A stretch of 64,000 bases of DNA from a virus. Taxonomy: Duplodnaviria; Caudoviricetes. A program made the translations under genes and the position numbers. Positions 19,312 through 29,184 of the stretch are shown one piece after another. Numbering within the stretch: position 1 is the first letter of the stretch; each line of letters begins with the position of its first letter. The notes below the pieces were generated by a model. The model was not told the origin of the DNA, did not search any database, and saw only the letters and a program-made list of their open reading frames with translations. Location: the IMG/VR virus record IMGVR_UViG_3300041964_000148, one strand, 5' to 3'.

Positions 19312-20252
19312 ATGACTGAATTTTCCAAATATGAAACGGCCGCAAGGTTCGTTCGCAATCTGCTAGGCGTAAAGAAATTAACGCCTGCCCAGAAACTAGA
19401 GGTTGAGCAAGCTGTAGAACGACACCGACAACGCAAGAGCAATCGGGATCAGCTAGTTCCGATCAAGGAACATCCAAAAAGTCGGCTGCGTTCGGAGGTT
19501 ACAAAAGTGATCAGACCGAAAGTCAAAGAACTCTACAACACAGCCAAAGGTACATGGGCTGGTGGAGAAACCTTCCTATGGGTCCACATTAGTAAGGAGC
19601 CATTCGCTAGTGGAAAGTCCATTGAGGTTCATTACGGCAGGTATTCGGGTCGTAACGCCCACCTAGAAATCAATGTGCAACCAGCATGGCGAAAATACAT
19701 CGGCAGTGTGCCGGAATTGGCGACTGCTGGGGGATGCTTACAACTCACGCCGTGCAGGTCAAGCCAGATTGCTGGCAGGCCTCTTGGGTATGCCAAGGAC
19801 GAGGGTTTAAACTTTATGTCCAATCTGGCTACATAGTTCAGATTGGCAATCAGTTCTTTCATGGAAAAACTGAAGCAATAACCCGTGCAGTTGCAAGAAA
19901 AAAGGCGGCATTTGAAAAAATGTCTCAACGACTGAAAGGCATCACAACTGTAGATCAATTAATTCTAGAGTTTGGCGCACTTCAAGTACGGCGATCTGAC
20001 TCGCTTCGCTCCGGCAATTGCCAAGAAGGAACGGATAACTGGATAGAACGGTATTTTCCCGACCAGGAGTACGCCACTATTAAGCAGTTGTTAACGGCAG
20101 ACAGTAGTGTTCCCGTCGTGGCTGCTTGTAAGGCTGCAATCTTACGGCAAAACCGTCAAAGCAATCTTCCCGGTGAAAACGATGCGGTACTCGGCGGTAG
20201 TCGCAAGTCCCCTCGAACAACGGATGCAGTACTTGGCGGTGTTTCAAGATAA
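19312..20252 (+). pseudogene. Single gene split by a 1-nt deletion in a G run (or a sequencing error); ends with DAVLGG repeats
   Basis: Adding one base at G5 (19729-19733) joins ...PELATAGG to MLTTHAVQVKPDCWQASW... Confidence 0.65.
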
Positions 20253-20311
20253 ACCGATGGTAGCCAGCCCTGAGTTTTCAGGGCTGGCTACCACATTCAA
20301 AGGAATTAATA

Positions 20312-20758
20312 GTGGATACAAACAGCACCAGAATACAACTCAAAAACGCTCAACTCGCGCAAAAGCTCAAAGAGCGACATGACTCGGTATCGGAAGCCGC
20401 CAAGGTTGCACTGTACCGATACTTTCATCTACTTGAGGATGCAGTGCGACGATTGGGTCTGACCAAACAAGAAGCCTCCCTCATTGCTGATGCGCTTAAC
20501 GGTTGGTGGGTAAATGCCGAACCCCCAAGCCTGATCCGTGCAGGACTTTATATGACTGTCTCGGACGCGATCGAGCTTAATCAATTGGATAAAAAATGGG
20601 GCGTCAATGGCTCAGAAATACTTGAAAAACTCAAGGCATTATCTGAGCTAGAGGCGATCGCCTTAGTAGATGCAATTCAAAGATTTTGGTACGAACCAGA
20701 CTCTAGTGAGATATCAGATGTTTCTGAAAAGCTCAAGAAAGTGGGATTGATTAGTTAG
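20312..20758 (+). CDS. Hypothetical protein, possibly an RHH-like regulator
   Basis: Intact ORF after a hairpin, with an N-terminal strand-helix-helix pattern. Confidence 0.55.
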   Translation: MDTNSTRIQLKNAQLAQKLKERHDSVSEAAKVALYRYFHLLEDAVRRLGLTKQEASLIADALNGWWVNAEPPSLIRAGLYMTVSDAIELNQLDKKWGVNGSEILEKLKALSELEAIALVDAIQRFWYEPDSSEISDVSEKLKKVGLIS

Positions 20759-20778
20759 TAGTGGACGAGGGATAACTC

Positions 20779-22305
20779 ATGAAATACGCTTCATCCATGC
20801 GGTATGCCGGAATGCTGGTAGACGCCCAAGAGGCGGACTATACCAGCTACAAAAAATTAGGGCTACTCTGCCCTATCTGTCATGCCCCTGTTTTCTTAGT
20901 ATCGTCATCTGAACGTGAAAGTCATACCCGTTTAGTGACAAACAAAACTACGGGGATAAAAAAGGAAGTCCAAGTAGCGGCATCTTTTGCTGAGAAGCAC
21001 TTCAGCCACTTCCAGGATGTTAGTGAGGAGCAAGTCAATCAGTGCGAACTACGGATCAGGAACCTCACTCCTGCAGAGGTTCACCGATACTCTCGTGGCG
21101 CTCACAACCAAAGAGAGCGATTCTTCAGATCGCATTTCTGGAGGCTACTGGAAATGAGCTACAAAATGGAGACATGGGAGGAAGACGCCGCTTTTGCTAA
21201 ATCTGGATTCCTCTCCAACTGCCCAGCCAAAGACCCTGACAATTATCGACAACTGAAGTGGGTAAAGTTCAGCGATCGCTTTGTTAGTGCCTTCAAATCC
21301 AAACGAGAATTCATGGTATCAGTCGCCAAGGCTGCGATCGCCGACATATCTTCAATGGACATTGAAGGACTTGAAGAAGTTGGATTCAGACCAGAGGTAA
21401 TTGCCTACCTTAAACAATGGCAACAAGCCATCGATGGCAGGATGCAGCTAGAAATCACCCAGGAAGCAATTGACTTCCTCGGTCACAAGCGCAATCGAGA
21501 CATGGTTGAACACCTGTTTGCAAAGGCGCTAGCCGACTACGCACTTAATGGTCAAGATGAAGTCCTGCCACTCGATTTGATGGCTCCTTGTGCGATCGAC
21601 CAAGAATTCTTGGCGGCGCACATAAGCCACTACACAAAAAACTTCGAGGCAATTCATTCTTGGAACCCCAAGAAACTTGACTCTGCACTTCACTGGATAT
21701 TCGCGTGTGTCGCGACAATTCTTGCCACAACCCCTTGGGCGGATGGTTTTGAGAAACTGGAGGAAAAAGCCGACAGTTTATCCCTCAGAACACACCTGAT
21801 AACCAGCTCCAAAGGAGTGTGGCACTACACCGTCAATACGGGAAATACACATTTCCAGCCATTCAGCAAAGTTACGGGTAGACCTTTTGCTGATGCCCCA
21901 GACTGGATTAGTGGGATCAAAAACGGAGGTTCTGTCACAAGAGCCTTGCCCCAAAAAGACTACAGCTTAAAAATAACCATCGATCCAACCGTCCCTGGTG
22001 CCGCGTTGTTCGACATCGGCAAAGGTAAGGAACCTTCTGCTCCTGGCAACCTGATGATAACTGCCGCTGTAGCCTGGAAACAAGAAGGCGAAGAGGCACT
22101 AATGGAAATGCTGCCAACAATGTACGAATCAATATCTGAAGCTTGTGCATCTGCTGGATTGCCAGCAGCCGAACTAGTCAAACCCAAAAAACTACCTTGG
22201 CTGGCTATTTTCCTAATGCCTAATCCCGCGATAGGCTTGTGTCCTTGGTTAGCAAATGCCGAGTATGCAATAGCACACTTCTTGATCCAACTGGATGCCC
22301 AGTAA
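20779..22305 (+). CDS. Hypothetical protein with an N-terminal CoiA-like Zn finger
   Basis: LLCPICHAPVFL...HFSHF...C. Confidence 0.6.
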   Translation: MKYASSMRYAGMLVDAQEADYTSYKKLGLLCPICHAPVFLVSSSERESHTRLVTNKTTGIKKEVQVAASFAEKHFSHFQDVSEEQVNQCELRIRNLTPAEVHRYSRGAHNQRERFFRSHFWRLLEMSYKMETWEEDAAFAKSGFLSNCPAKDPDNYRQLKWVKFSDRFVSAFKSKREFMVSVAKAAIADISSMDIEGLEEVGFRPEVIAYLKQWQQAIDGRMQLEITQEAIDFLGHKRNRDMVEHLFAKALADYALNGQDEVLPLDLMAPCAIDQEFLAAHISHYTKNFEAIHSWNPKKLDSALHWIFACVATILATTPWADGFEKLEEKADSLSLRTHLITSSKGVWHYTVNTGNTHFQPFSKVTGRPFADAPDWISGIKNGGSVTRALPQKDYSLKITIDPTVPGAALFDIGKGKEPSAPGNLMITAAVAWKQEGEEALMEMLPTMYESISEACASAGLPAAELVKPKKLPWLAIFLMPNPAIGLCPWLANAEYAIAHFLIQLDAQ

Positions 22306-22844
22306 TCTAGTATTTATCTTCTTAGTCATGTAGTAATGGCTAAGAAGATAAATGACTAGCCAAAACACAATGCCAACAACAACTAACAGAGCAAAAAACA
22401 GTGCTAGCAAAACTAAGAATTTCCAGTCGCGTAAGAATTTTCATTCGTGGCATTACTTTTCTACGCTCACTTCGCAGACCTTCCTATGCACATTTAGCAG
22501 AAGGCTTGCAATGGATGGCAATACGGCAAATGCTTTGTTTGACACAACCATCAGATATACCGAGATGGAAGGCATACAATGTCCTCTTGTCTTGCAAGAC
22601 ACCAGATATTGAATCGATATCTTCAGAAGAATTAAAAACACTTTTCCTATTCTCAAAGCACGGGAAAACTGTTTTAGAGAAACAGATTGGAGCTAAAGCC
22701 CAATCAGTATTAATTGCCAGATTGAGTCCCAAAGAAGAAAGTGACCCAACACACAATTAATAATCATCGTCAATGGTGATTTCTACAGCTAACCCCTCCA
22801 ATCTATTAGTTTGGAGGGGTTTTTGTATGGCAAGAGAGCGGAGA

Positions 22845-23237
22845 TTAAAAGTAAACGATGTTGGCAGGATCTCGAAGTGCGATCGCAACATCATCAGGTA
22901 CACCAAAGGCTCCGGCACTCGCATCAATCCTATTCCAGATGCTTTTGGTTGTAGGATCTACCCTCCCATTAGAGTCTTTAGGGGTGTATAGCGGGAGAAA
23001 TCCTCCCCCATAGGCGATCGGTGTTTTGTCCCGCCACAAGTTTTCTCCGGTAGCGTACTCGTCAATATCTTTGGGTCCCATTGCCCAGCCCACAAGATAG
23101 TAAATTCCCACGTTGGAATACTGCCGTATCCAAAACTTGGTATCCGGCGAAAGTGGGCGATCGTCAATGACTGCTCTGATGCCACCGATACCATCCGGCT
23201 CGTTGCGAAGGCGAGAAAAATATAGGTGGTTAAGCAT
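22845..23237 (-). CDS. Hypothetical protein, probably structural
   Basis: Lies 6 nt downstream of the tail hydrolase and is followed by a terminator at 22791-22824. Confidence 0.55.
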   Translation of the reverse strand: MLNHLYFSRLRNEPDGIGGIRAVIDDRPLSPDTKFWIRQYSNVGIYYLVGWAMGPKDIDEYATGENLWRDKTPIAYGGGFLPLYTPKDSNGRVDPTTKSIWNRIDASAGAFGVPDDVAIALRDPANIVYF

Positions 23238-23243
23238 TTTATT

Positions 23244-24758
23244 TCAATTAAGGACACGATATAAAAACTCAGTTCCGCCCCCATAGTAGCGGTTCATCGA
23301 ATCCAGGCTACCCCTCCACTTGAATTTAGCTTTACTTGAAGAGTTTGAAAGGACTTCCGAGCAGCCAGATGTCAAACAAACGCCTACATGAGCCTCATTT
23401 GGTGCGAACCAAATGTCCCCCGGCTGTGCCTCAGCTCGACTTACCTTTTTGCCGCGACCTTTTTGGAAAGCCTCAATCATTGAAGGGCAGTATACCCAGT
23501 TACTCCCCACCTTTTTAAGTCCTGCCGGCTCTATTGCGAACAAATTAACTGCCCACGCACACGCCTGATTGCCGCCCTCTGGACCCGCCGAAGTATCTTT
23601 GAATTCTGCGGCAAGGGCGGCTTTTAAAATTCGTTGATTAATATCTCCGGCTGCGGGAGCTGATCCTGCGGCTGGTGTTGTCCCGGCAGCTTGGGCTTGC
23701 TGTCCGGCAGCGATTTGACCTGCATCACCAACTCCAAAGATCTGGGGCTTAGGTGCGTTTGGATCTGGTTTGTACGCAACCAAGTCGGCTTCTAGGGTAC
23801 GACCAAAGTAGAAGGTGACTTCATCTACTGTGTAGCTACCATCCAAATCCTCCCCAAATCCTTTGCCCTCAAATGTCATTTGGGCATCTAATTTAAGGAT
23901 GTCCGGTTGGGAAGATACATCAAGCTCACACCTTAATATGTGCGATCGCTGGTTATCCAAGGCGTGGATACCCAGAGCATAAGATAGGGCATCAAGTGGT
24001 GCGGTGGCACCGGTTCCGTTGAGGGTACGAGTAGCAGCACCGCCTGTATCGACACAACCTAGTCCGTAATTGGAGGGCATGGCGGCGGCTCCAACGGCAT
24101 TGGGGTCTAGTCCAGACTTAAAATAGGCGTCAGCTTTCTCGCAAAACTCAAGTATTTCTCTCGTTCCAGGCTGAGTCGTGCTACCGATGCGTCCAGGATG
24201 ACCGGCATTAATAATACTTCGACAGTTTGCCCAGTCCCCTCTTTCGGCATAGGGGCGGATATCTGCATTGCCCATGCCGCCACACCAATACCAACAAGCA
24301 ATATCAGCAGATAATTCAGTATTTTGAAGAATGAGATCTGGATTGGCAACTAGATCTAGCTTGAAGTGTTTACCGGCTGCCCTGTAGCCATCATCGTTAG
24401 TAAGTTGGATAAAACCCCTACCCCTAAAGGGGTCGTAACGAAAAGGACCTCCTTGCTCTTTTATATTCCTCATATTGCACTCTGCCATCACATTTGACAG
24501 GAACCCAACAACCTGTCTCTTGCTGGTCATTCCAGCCTTCACCATCGATTTAGCAACAATAGGCCAGTTCTTTTCTGCATCTTTACGGTTGACTTTGCTT
24601 CTGTAAATATGCATGATGTCATCCACACTGGGGTACAGCGCGGGAGCGGCTTTAGTTGGCGTCGTTCCACTGGCTGCATCAGGGGTAGCAGGGGTTGTTC
24701 CGGTTGCGGGGGTTGCGGGGGTGGTAGCAGTGGGAGTTAGGGGTTTAGTTTCAGGCAT
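23244..24758 (-). CDS. Tail-associated peptidoglycan hydrolase: GH19 domain, baseplate-hub-like segment, NlpC/P60-CHAP-like domain
   Basis: GH19 motifs AEC, FRGRGFIQLT and IINAG. Middle segment GFGEDLDGSYTVDEVTFYFG. C-terminal QACAWAV (Cys) and AHVGV (His). Confidence 0.75.
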   Translation of the reverse strand: MPETKPLTPTATTPATPATGTTPATPDAASGTTPTKAAPALYPSVDDIMHIYRSKVNRKDAEKNWPIVAKSMVKAGMTSKRQVVGFLSNVMAECNMRNIKEQGGPFRYDPFRGRGFIQLTNDDGYRAAGKHFKLDLVANPDLILQNTELSADIACWYWCGGMGNADIRPYAERGDWANCRSIINAGHPGRIGSTTQPGTREILEFCEKADAYFKSGLDPNAVGAAAMPSNYGLGCVDTGGAATRTLNGTGATAPLDALSYALGIHALDNQRSHILRCELDVSSQPDILKLDAQMTFEGKGFGEDLDGSYTVDEVTFYFGRTLEADLVAYKPDPNAPKPQIFGVGDAGQIAAGQQAQAAGTTPAAGSAPAAGDINQRILKAALAAEFKDTSAGPEGGNQACAWAVNLFAIEPAGLKKVGSNWVYCPSMIEAFQKGRGKKVSRAEAQPGDIWFAPNEAHVGVCLTSGCSEVLSNSSSKAKFKWRGSLDSMNRYYGGGTEFLYRVLN

Positions 24759-24794
24759 ATGAACAAAAAAAATGGCGCATTGTTAGTGCGCCCC

Positions 24795-24963
24795 GGTGTA
24801 GGTTGTTTGTTTTTAGCTGTCAATGAAATTGTGCCATAGTGCTGGAAAAAAATCTAACACCCCCACAAACAGAAACTCCCCAGACTTGTTAAAGTCCAGG
24901 GAGTTTCTGTGTCCACCTTGCAAATTTAAAATTACGCTTTTGCTGTCAATAAAAGTGCGCCAT
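24795..24963 (-). promoter_or_regulatory. Two tandem duplicated promoters upstream of the tail hydrolase
   Basis: Minus strand ATGGC(A/G)CA.TTT.ATTGACAGC occurs twice, giving TTGACA-17-TACACC and TTGACA-16-TAAATT. Confidence 0.5.
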
Positions 24964-25691
24964 TTCTCTACGGTGTGCTTCTCTTAGTTTTTCAAAGTCC
25001 ATTGCTCGAACCCAGGTGGTTTGGGATAAAGGCGTCTCTTTTCGGCATCTAATTTTGATATTTGCCAGCATTCCGCAAACATTAAATACCTATTTCTTTC
25101 CTTTTATTGCTTAATCCCATTGTAACTTAATAGTAATGTATATGCAAGTATATTGAGGTAATCTGACACAAAATACAATCTCGCTACACATCCAAAACAA
25201 AAGCCACTGACATAAAGTCAATGGCTTTTCATTTAAGCTAGCTACCTATTACCTATTATCCCCCACTTCGTACTCATCACGGTTCTCCGTGATGAAGTCC
25301 AAAACAAGTTTCGTACTAGCAAAAACACTCATTACAGAACCCATTGTTGCGAAATACACTCAGAAAGGTGGAGTTTCCTCTGCCCAGTGATAGGCAAAAT
25401 AAGAGAAATCTATCTTTGTTGAAACATGGATCATTGCCCAGAATTCAAAAAAGTAATTTCGTTAGTTGGGAAGATGGCACAGACTCTCAGGTTATATGCC
25501 GATGGGCATGAGGAGCCAGGAGTAGCTCAACGAATGCTAAGAGAATACGATCGCACAATTGAGCAGTTAAGACATCCGCAAGAACATGATCGTGCTAGTC
25601 CAGTAGGACGCGATCGCTGTTAGGGCTTCCGTATTTTCTCAGTGATAGGCGAGAATAGGGAAAACTATTCGCCTCAAAATGCTCGACCGCT

Positions 25692-26256
25692 AGTACTAAC
25701 GGAAAGAATGGGCATCTAAGTATTACCAATTTAGGTAAAATTCAGATGCGTGGTCAAGCAAGAACTTGGGGGACACCAACAACTTGTACGATTCTTTTTC
25801 GTAACGGGAAGTGGTTTACTTCTATTACGGTTCAGTGTGTTCCAGTACGAAGTACAAGCACGGATTCAGTTGGCATTGATTTAGGTTGCAAAGAGGCAAT
25901 TACCTTATCAACTGGAGAGAAGATAGCCAAACCTGACTTTATCAAAGAAGGTCGGGTCAAGGTAAAGGTTGCGTCCAAAAATCTACGCCGTAAGCGCTCA
26001 CCTAACTGGAAAAAGAAGGTCAAGGCTTCACGCAGATGGAAGAAAGAACGCAACAAAGTTTCTCAATTACAGAGGAAGGTAACTCGCCAGAGAGAGGATT
26101 GGTTGCATAAAACCACTAGCAATATAGTGAGCAGTAATAGCCTAGTTGCTGGGGAAGAGTTGAACGTTAAGGGCATGACCGCCAAAGCCAAGAAGGGTAA
26201 ACGCAAAAAGCAGAAAGCTGGTTTAAATCGTTCTATCCTAGATGTTGGCTTCGGAG
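25692..26256 (+). pseudogene. tnpB: Internal fragment of IS200/IS605 TnpB
   Basis: GKNGHL...MRGQARTWG, RuvC-I GIDLG, RuvC-II EELNVKGM and LNRSILDVGFG, after which homology stops. No N-terminus, Zn finger or RuvC-III. Confidence 0.85.
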
Positions 26257-26478
26257 CAAGCCTACTACCAACAGGAAATAAACGATCTAAAAACTTACAA
26301 TCGACAGTATTCTGAACTAATAGAGAAATTTCAAGAGAAGGCAGCTCAAGCGGAAGATTGTTTTCAAAGGTTGGCGCAAGAAAACACACACCTTCGCGCC
26401 CATTTAGAACAATCTCAGGCAATGTATGCTCAACTTCTGAAGGTCGTCGAAGGTGCGATCACGGCAAAAGAAACTTAA
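26242..26478 (+). CDS. Small coiled-coil protein or gene remnant abutting the TnpB fragment
   Basis: Helical Q/E-rich ORF beginning exactly where TnpB homology ends. Confidence 0.45.
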   Translation: MLASEQAYYQQEINDLKTYNRQYSELIEKFQEKAAQAEDCFQRLAQENTHLRAHLEQSQAMYAQLLKVVEGAITAKET

Positions 26479-26501
26479 CAAAGTCGTCCCAGCTAAACAA
26501 T

Positions 26502-26544
26502 AAGAAAAGCCGCAAGACAATTGAATTGTCTTGCGGCTTTTCTT
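26502..26544. terminator. Long inverted repeat / bidirectional terminator
   Basis: 21-bp arms AAGAAAAGCCGCAAGACAATT with a 1-nt centre, between convergent genes. Confidence 0.75.
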
Positions 26545-26563
26545 GTTACTGTTAATATTTAAC

Positions 26564-28180
26564 TTATCCTACGCTTAAGAAAAGTGGAGTTTCAATCGCT
26601 CTTTTTTGTAGCTCCTTCAACTTCTCAACCCCCTTAACCGTTATCCGAATCCGATGAGTTTTCCTCTTCTTTATATCGTCGCCCTCACCCTCAGCAGGAG
26701 AATACTCTAAAAGCCCTTCTCGAATTGACTCATTAACATTATGGCTAAATGCTGCTTTCCATTTAGGATTAGAGTTGTTGCCTGTATTCTCAATCAATTC
26801 TTTGTCTTGTTCAGTGAACGATAAACTCTTCTCTGCCTCCTCATACAATTCCCGTCGAGTCATAGCTTTAGTACTGAACAGAGCTAAAACTTGAGATAGC
26901 AATCTCTCAACATACCCTTTAGACAGGGAAATGGGATGTGACTGAGTTTTTGATTTCTTCAGACCAGGGAATGAGAGAGACTTGGCGGTTTTAGGTACTT
27001 CCTTGAAAGGAAGTGTTTCCAGCTTGCTGGTTGCTTCTCTGGCTTTTTCTCGACCCAGTACAGTAAGTTGATAAACCACTTCGCAACTACCTAAATTAGA
27101 GGGTTCCTCATAAGCCTCTACCAATCCATCTTCGGTCAATAACTCCAAGCAAAGATTGTATCCAACTATCCAACTCCACACACATATAGAAGTGTCAGGA
27201 GCCTGGAAAATCACTGAAGAACCCGCTACAGACCAGCCCCGCTCATCGAAATGGAAGGTTTCACTACCTTTCCGAGCAATAAAGGTTTCTGATTTTGGCT
27301 CATCAAATTGGAACAGTATGTAGAGTATTTGATCGCGAAATTGCTTGTAATACTCCCCAGCATCGAAGATGTTGATCCTAGCTTGTCGAGCTTTTTTCTT
27401 TCTTAGTTCATTCCATGTTGTCGAGATTTTAAATGCCTCCTCAGCATTCCCTTCCGTAACAGCTTGTTGTAAATTTGCCTGAAGCAATTCGTCTACCTTT
27501 TCTATGGTCAGGCAATCAATAATCGCATCATTCAAGAAAATATTATTACCCATCGGTCTTTCCTCTTTTAAACTAACTTGATCTGCTACTATATATCCTT
27601 CTAATCGCACCTGTGGATGCTCAATAACCTCCCACGTCCCTTTCCCCCCATAAAACTCTACGCACCAGTTGCGAATGGTTGCCGTAAGAGATCGCGCACC
27701 AAACCACCACGAAACAGGAATGCCTGCTTTGAGATAATCATTAGTTCGCGACTGCAATCCATTCTTGCCGCGCACGATGATTGGGGAAAGTTGGCATTCG
27801 TAGGCGGCAAGGATTGTTTCCCCCCTAATCGCCGCCACATCGGCAATGCGCTGCCTCTTCTCCAATCCCTTCTCAAGTTGAATTCGAGCATCCGGGAAAA
27901 GGGACAGGAGTCGCTCACCCAACAATTTCTTTCCCAGTTCATGTTCGGGGGAAACTTGGCTAATAGAAGCTAATTTTGTGTAGCACTGGGAGTTGGGTTT
28001 GTGACAGAAATGATCTACCCACCCAGCCCGCTGCCGAAGGTAAACTTGGCAATGGCAATCCGGGCATTCCCATTGGTCATCATCGCCCGGATTAGAGGCA
28101 GCGATCGGCTCCTTAAATCCTGTAACAATAGCTCGTTGCATTGCGCTTGTTTTTTTGCGTCCAATTAGATATTCGCACAA
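26564..28180 (-). CDS. CoiA-like Zn-finger/PD-(D/E)xK nuclease with C-terminal winged-helix-like domains
   Basis: CPDC...HFCH...C, RIADV...YECQLS, RT.DY...G..V.W. The C-terminus resembles the Mrr N-terminal wHTH. Confidence 0.7.
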   Translation of the reverse strand: MCEYLIGRKKTSAMQRAIVTGFKEPIAASNPGDDDQWECPDCHCQVYLRQRAGWVDHFCHKPNSQCYTKLASISQVSPEHELGKKLLGERLLSLFPDARIQLEKGLEKRQRIADVAAIRGETILAAYECQLSPIIVRGKNGLQSRTNDYLKAGIPVSWWFGARSLTATIRNWCVEFYGGKGTWEVIEHPQVRLEGYIVADQVSLKEERPMGNNIFLNDAIIDCLTIEKVDELLQANLQQAVTEGNAEEAFKISTTWNELRKKKARQARINIFDAGEYYKQFRDQILYILFQFDEPKSETFIARKGSETFHFDERGWSVAGSSVIFQAPDTSICVWSWIVGYNLCLELLTEDGLVEAYEEPSNLGSCEVVYQLTVLGREKAREATSKLETLPFKEVPKTAKSLSFPGLKKSKTQSHPISLSKGYVERLLSQVLALFSTKAMTRRELYEEAEKSLSFTEQDKELIENTGNNSNPKWKAAFSHNVNESIREGLLEYSPAEGEGDDIKKRKTHRIRITVKGVEKLKELQKRAIETPLFLSVG

Positions 28181-28264
28181 ATATTAAAAGTGTGATCGTA
28201 TTTTTGTGATTAATTGCCGAACACGGGGAAGCAATTAAACTAGGAATAAATTATATGAGTTAAT

Positions 28265-29116
28265 TTGATGCCTCGTTCCTACCGAGATATCGTAGCCTAC
28301 GGCGATTTTAGTTTGCCGATGCTCACAGAAGGTCTATTTCTCCGAATAGGGAAAGACCATAAAGTAGAAGGAATTTTATTGGGTAGTGCTTCATTGAGGG
28401 CTGCTACAGACTTTGAGGCAGCAGGAACCGTAAAGGCTCACGAGACTTCAACCAATCATCCCTTGGCTACACCCTCAACGCCAGGATTAATGGCTGCCAC
28501 CGACAAAGCTAAACTCAACGGCTTACCCTTATCAGCCGACGTACTCACTAAAACGGGAAACTTGTCCGATGTTTCCGATAAACCTACTGCGAGGTCTAAC
28601 TTGGGACTAGGTAGTGCGGCGATCGCCAACGCAACCGAATTTGAACCGCGTGGTATTACGGCAGCTCACGCAGCAGGTTCTGGTCCCGGTTCACACTTGC
28701 CAAGCGGAGGAATTTCTAACAGCGAAATAGCAGGAAATGCGGCGATCGCAGACTCTAAAATCAACTTTGCGATACCGGCTCGAATTTCCGCAACTTACGC
28801 AACCGGATGGAACACCCCAGCAGGCAATGACGGGGTATCTTTTCGGAAATTTGCCAACAAAATGGTTCAGCTTTCCGGCGTAGCGGCAAAGAGTACTTCT
28901 CCCAACAACAATGATTTGATCTGCACCCTTCCCGCTATCTGTCATCCCGACAGCATAGTTCGCTTCGTAATTTACGGCTCTAGTTCCCTTGGTATGTTGG
29001 TTCCGGCATTTTTAACAGTAGGGACAAATGGCGAAGTAAGACTTCTGCTAGGAGGAACGACACCCGCTCAATTCATAGCAATTCCAAACAACTCCATATT
29101 CTTCGCGGCGCCTTGA
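28265..29116 (+). CDS. Tail fibre-like protein
   Basis: GLMAATDKAKLNG, NLSDV.DK.TAR.NLGLGSAA, and a tip segment with V.LSG...ICTLP....P. Confidence 0.75.
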   Translation: MMPRSYRDIVAYGDFSLPMLTEGLFLRIGKDHKVEGILLGSASLRAATDFEAAGTVKAHETSTNHPLATPSTPGLMAATDKAKLNGLPLSADVLTKTGNLSDVSDKPTARSNLGLGSAAIANATEFEPRGITAAHAAGSGPGSHLPSGGISNSEIAGNAAIADSKINFAIPARISATYATGWNTPAGNDGVSFRKFANKMVQLSGVAAKSTSPNNNDLICTLPAICHPDSIVRFVIYGSSSLGMLVPAFLTVGTNGEVRLLLGGTTPAQFIAIPNNSIFFAAP

Positions 29117-29184
29117 TTCTTCGTCACGGAGAACCGTGATAGACAGTTCGTGCATCGTAACACCTCAAGGTAAAATGCTATGTG

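Noticed and set aside
24816-24842. TGGCAC as a sigma54 promoter
   Set aside because: There is no TTGC at the right spacing, and cyanobacteria lack sigma54.
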